From: Marsupella aquatica
Taxonomy: Eukaryota; Plantae; Marchantiophyta
Direction: 5' to 3'
Length of the DNA: 64,000 bases
NCBI GenBank assembly: GCA_973895155.1
Contig: OZ316893.1
Span: 24,479,520-24,543,519, forward strand
Part shown: one piece after another, positions 61,937 through 64,000 of the stretch
Position numbering within the stretch: position 1 is the first letter of the stretch
Layout of the letters: each line of letters opens with the position of its first letter
The notes under the pieces: model-generated
Told to the model about the DNA's origin: nothing
Databases searched by the model: none
What the model saw: only the letters and a program-made list of their open reading frames with translations
Made by a program: the position numbers and the translations under genes

Positions 61937-64000
61937 ATGGCGAGCAAAGAGGGGACTGGTGGTGATGGAGGAGCTTCTGGCAGCAGCGGAGGCAACCGAG
62001 GGGGGGGGATCGATTGAAGGCGATTGTGGATGAGCATTTTTCGGTTGCACAGTTGAGTCAAATTGATTTCACCAGTCCAGCAGGGCTGGCATCATTGAGT
62101 GCCCTTCTGGGCCAAGCCTTGCAAGCAGGTCTCATTGCAGGGCAAGCAGCAGTGGAGGAGGATGCAAGGAAGGCAGCAGAGTAGGCGGCTGCTGAGAGGA
62201 AGCGAAAGAGGGACGAGAGAGCTCAGGCTGGAGTGCTCTCGCCTCAAGCATTGGAAAAGAAGAGGAGGAAAGATGAGAGAGACCTGATCAGGAAACAGAG
62301 GGAGGAGCAAAGAAAGAAGGAGGCAGCAAGGAGGAAGCTGCCTCTGATTACTTTAGAGGATGAGGGGATTCCCACCGAGCTTGCTTACAATGGGGCCAAG
62401 AGCACAATCAGGCACATTGTATCCACAAATTTTGCAAGAGGAGTCGAGTGGGGCACTCGCTCAAAGGCAGAGCAGAAGCGAGTCATCAATCAGGTGAAAG
62501 ATGCATTTCGAAATGGAGGAGAGATGGATTCACAGTGGCTTGCTGACAAAATTTCAAACTCCATGTCACAAGCTAGATACCATGATAGAATGAAGATCAG
62601 GTCTCACCTTAGAGATTTGGAGGAGTATAGGAATTTGCAGAGGCCGCTGCAATTCTCATAAGATATCTGGCAGGCCTTCTACCAGACAGAGGTGAAGTTG
62701 AAAGCAGCCAGGCTCCTCAATGATTTCACAGAGAAGCTGGCAAAGGCTCGAAGGGCAAAGGAGGCCGGGAAGTCTGATCGGGACCTGAAGGTGATGGAGC
62801 AGAAGGTAGCCCAGCTCCAGCAGGTTGTAGCAGAAGTAGGCGATCCACCCAACAAGTTCCTGAAGGCAGCTGAGCGAGTCCGAGACAAGCCCAACATCAC
62901 CCACAGGCTGGGTCAAGGTGGCCTCCCCGGCCTCAAAGCAGCATTCGTGAGTGCACCTCCCTCTCCTCCCTTGACTTCTTGCTACTCCAATTCCTATTCC
63001 AACACACCTGCAATGAGCCAACTCTTTCTTGCATTTCCACCAAGTAGTTACAATTAGACTTGTTGTGTCAAATTAGGTCACGTACAATTGCTTCCCTCTT
63101 GGGTTTTTGCCATGACAGAGTTTGCGATACATTTGCGATGCGGGTAGCTTCGCAAATCCTTCGCAAACCTTATTATGCCCTTTTTTTGCTTACGTTTGCG
63201 AAGGCGTTGCGAAGACGTTCGCATCGCAACCAGCTTCGCAAACGTAATTGTCCTTATGATTGCGAAGCTGGCGCCTTCGCAAAATTTCAAAAATTTGAAT
63301 TTTTAAATTTTCCGATCGTTTAAGTGTTCTTTGAGGGTCTTCCCCATATATGCCACCCTCCATAACCCCAAAACCTTGATGCACCACCCCACCAGCCCCA
63401 ACAAACCCCCTAATTTTTAGAAGCCATGTGAATCGGGTTATGGGTTGGTGTTAACCCAATTGTGCTGGTTTTGTTTTGGCTTAGTACAAGAGGTACAAGA
63501 GGAAGATTACGGCGGCTGAGATGGAGGTGGGCCAGAAACATGGGAAGGAGCATCTCTTTCAGCAAGTTGATGAATTATTGGTGAGAATTTTTAGGTTATT
63601 ACATTCATTGCAATTTTGAATGAATATCTCTTTTGTTCACACTTGTAAAGAATATGAGACTAACAGACACCCTGGTTTGCTAATGGAAGCAGGGAGGGGA
63701 GGATGGTGACTCCCATACCGAGGGTGGCATCGATAGTAGTGATGAGGATGTGGAGGGGACAGGGGAGGGGAGCACAGCTCCTGCTACTCAAGCCAGGCCA
63801 ACTAGCACTGGAGACCAGTCATTTGCATCAGCACGTTCCAGTGGTGCTGGGGGTGGTAGCGCGGCAAGCCAGGGCGGTGGAGGTGGGGATGAGGATGAGG
63901 ATGAGGATGAGGGTGACCCCAAGGGTGACCAAGAGGAGGAGGAAGTCCAGGTTGCACCCCCCCAAGAGCACACAAGGGCAAGGAGAAGGCCAAGGGGAAG
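61937..64000 (+). pseudogene. TnpA/PTTA-like (Transposase_24-type) second ORF of the CACTA element; exons 61937-62946, 63485-63580, 63667 to beyond 64000
   Basis: Basic NLS-like stretches, RP......IW..F and the PTTA-type R.K...HRLGQGG motif. GT..AG introns 62947-63484 and 63581-63666. Disrupted by TAG at 62182, TAA at 62659 and homopolymer frameshifts. Confidence 0.7.

Larger units (their letters stand above)
53953..64000. mobile_element. CACTA (En/Spm) transposon, left end at 53953, right end beyond the window
   Basis: Begins CACTACTACATATTTGCC, followed by ~550 bp of direct and inverted TCGCAA/TTGCGA subterminal repeats. Contains TNP2 transposase, SET and TnpA-like genes. Confidence 0.9.

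Overview
This is land-plant nuclear DNA. Long GA/microsatellite-rich leaders and the gene style suggest a bryophyte or liverwort, but that is inference only. There are three intact host genes: the 3' six exons of a GH9 endoglucanase (127-3237), an intronless LRR-X receptor kinase with a 36-aa island domain (19432-22590) and a two-exon mitochondrial calcium uniporter (28061-29536). Between them lie MITEs, minisatellites, a probable Helitron relic and decayed LRR-RLK copies, including an inverted partial copy of the intact kinase. The last 10 kb (53953 to beyond 64000) is a CACTA/En-Spm transposon with an unusual layout. A SET-domain exon sits inside the first coding intron of the TnpD/TNP2 transposase gene. 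The shared Cys/His-rich first exon can splice in frame either to the SET exon (~351-aa Zn-finger-SET protein) or to the transposase exons (~1116 aa). A TnpA/PTTA-like gene lies head-to-head on the other strand, flanked by copies of the TCGCAA subterminal motif. All calls come from manual reading; no searches were run.
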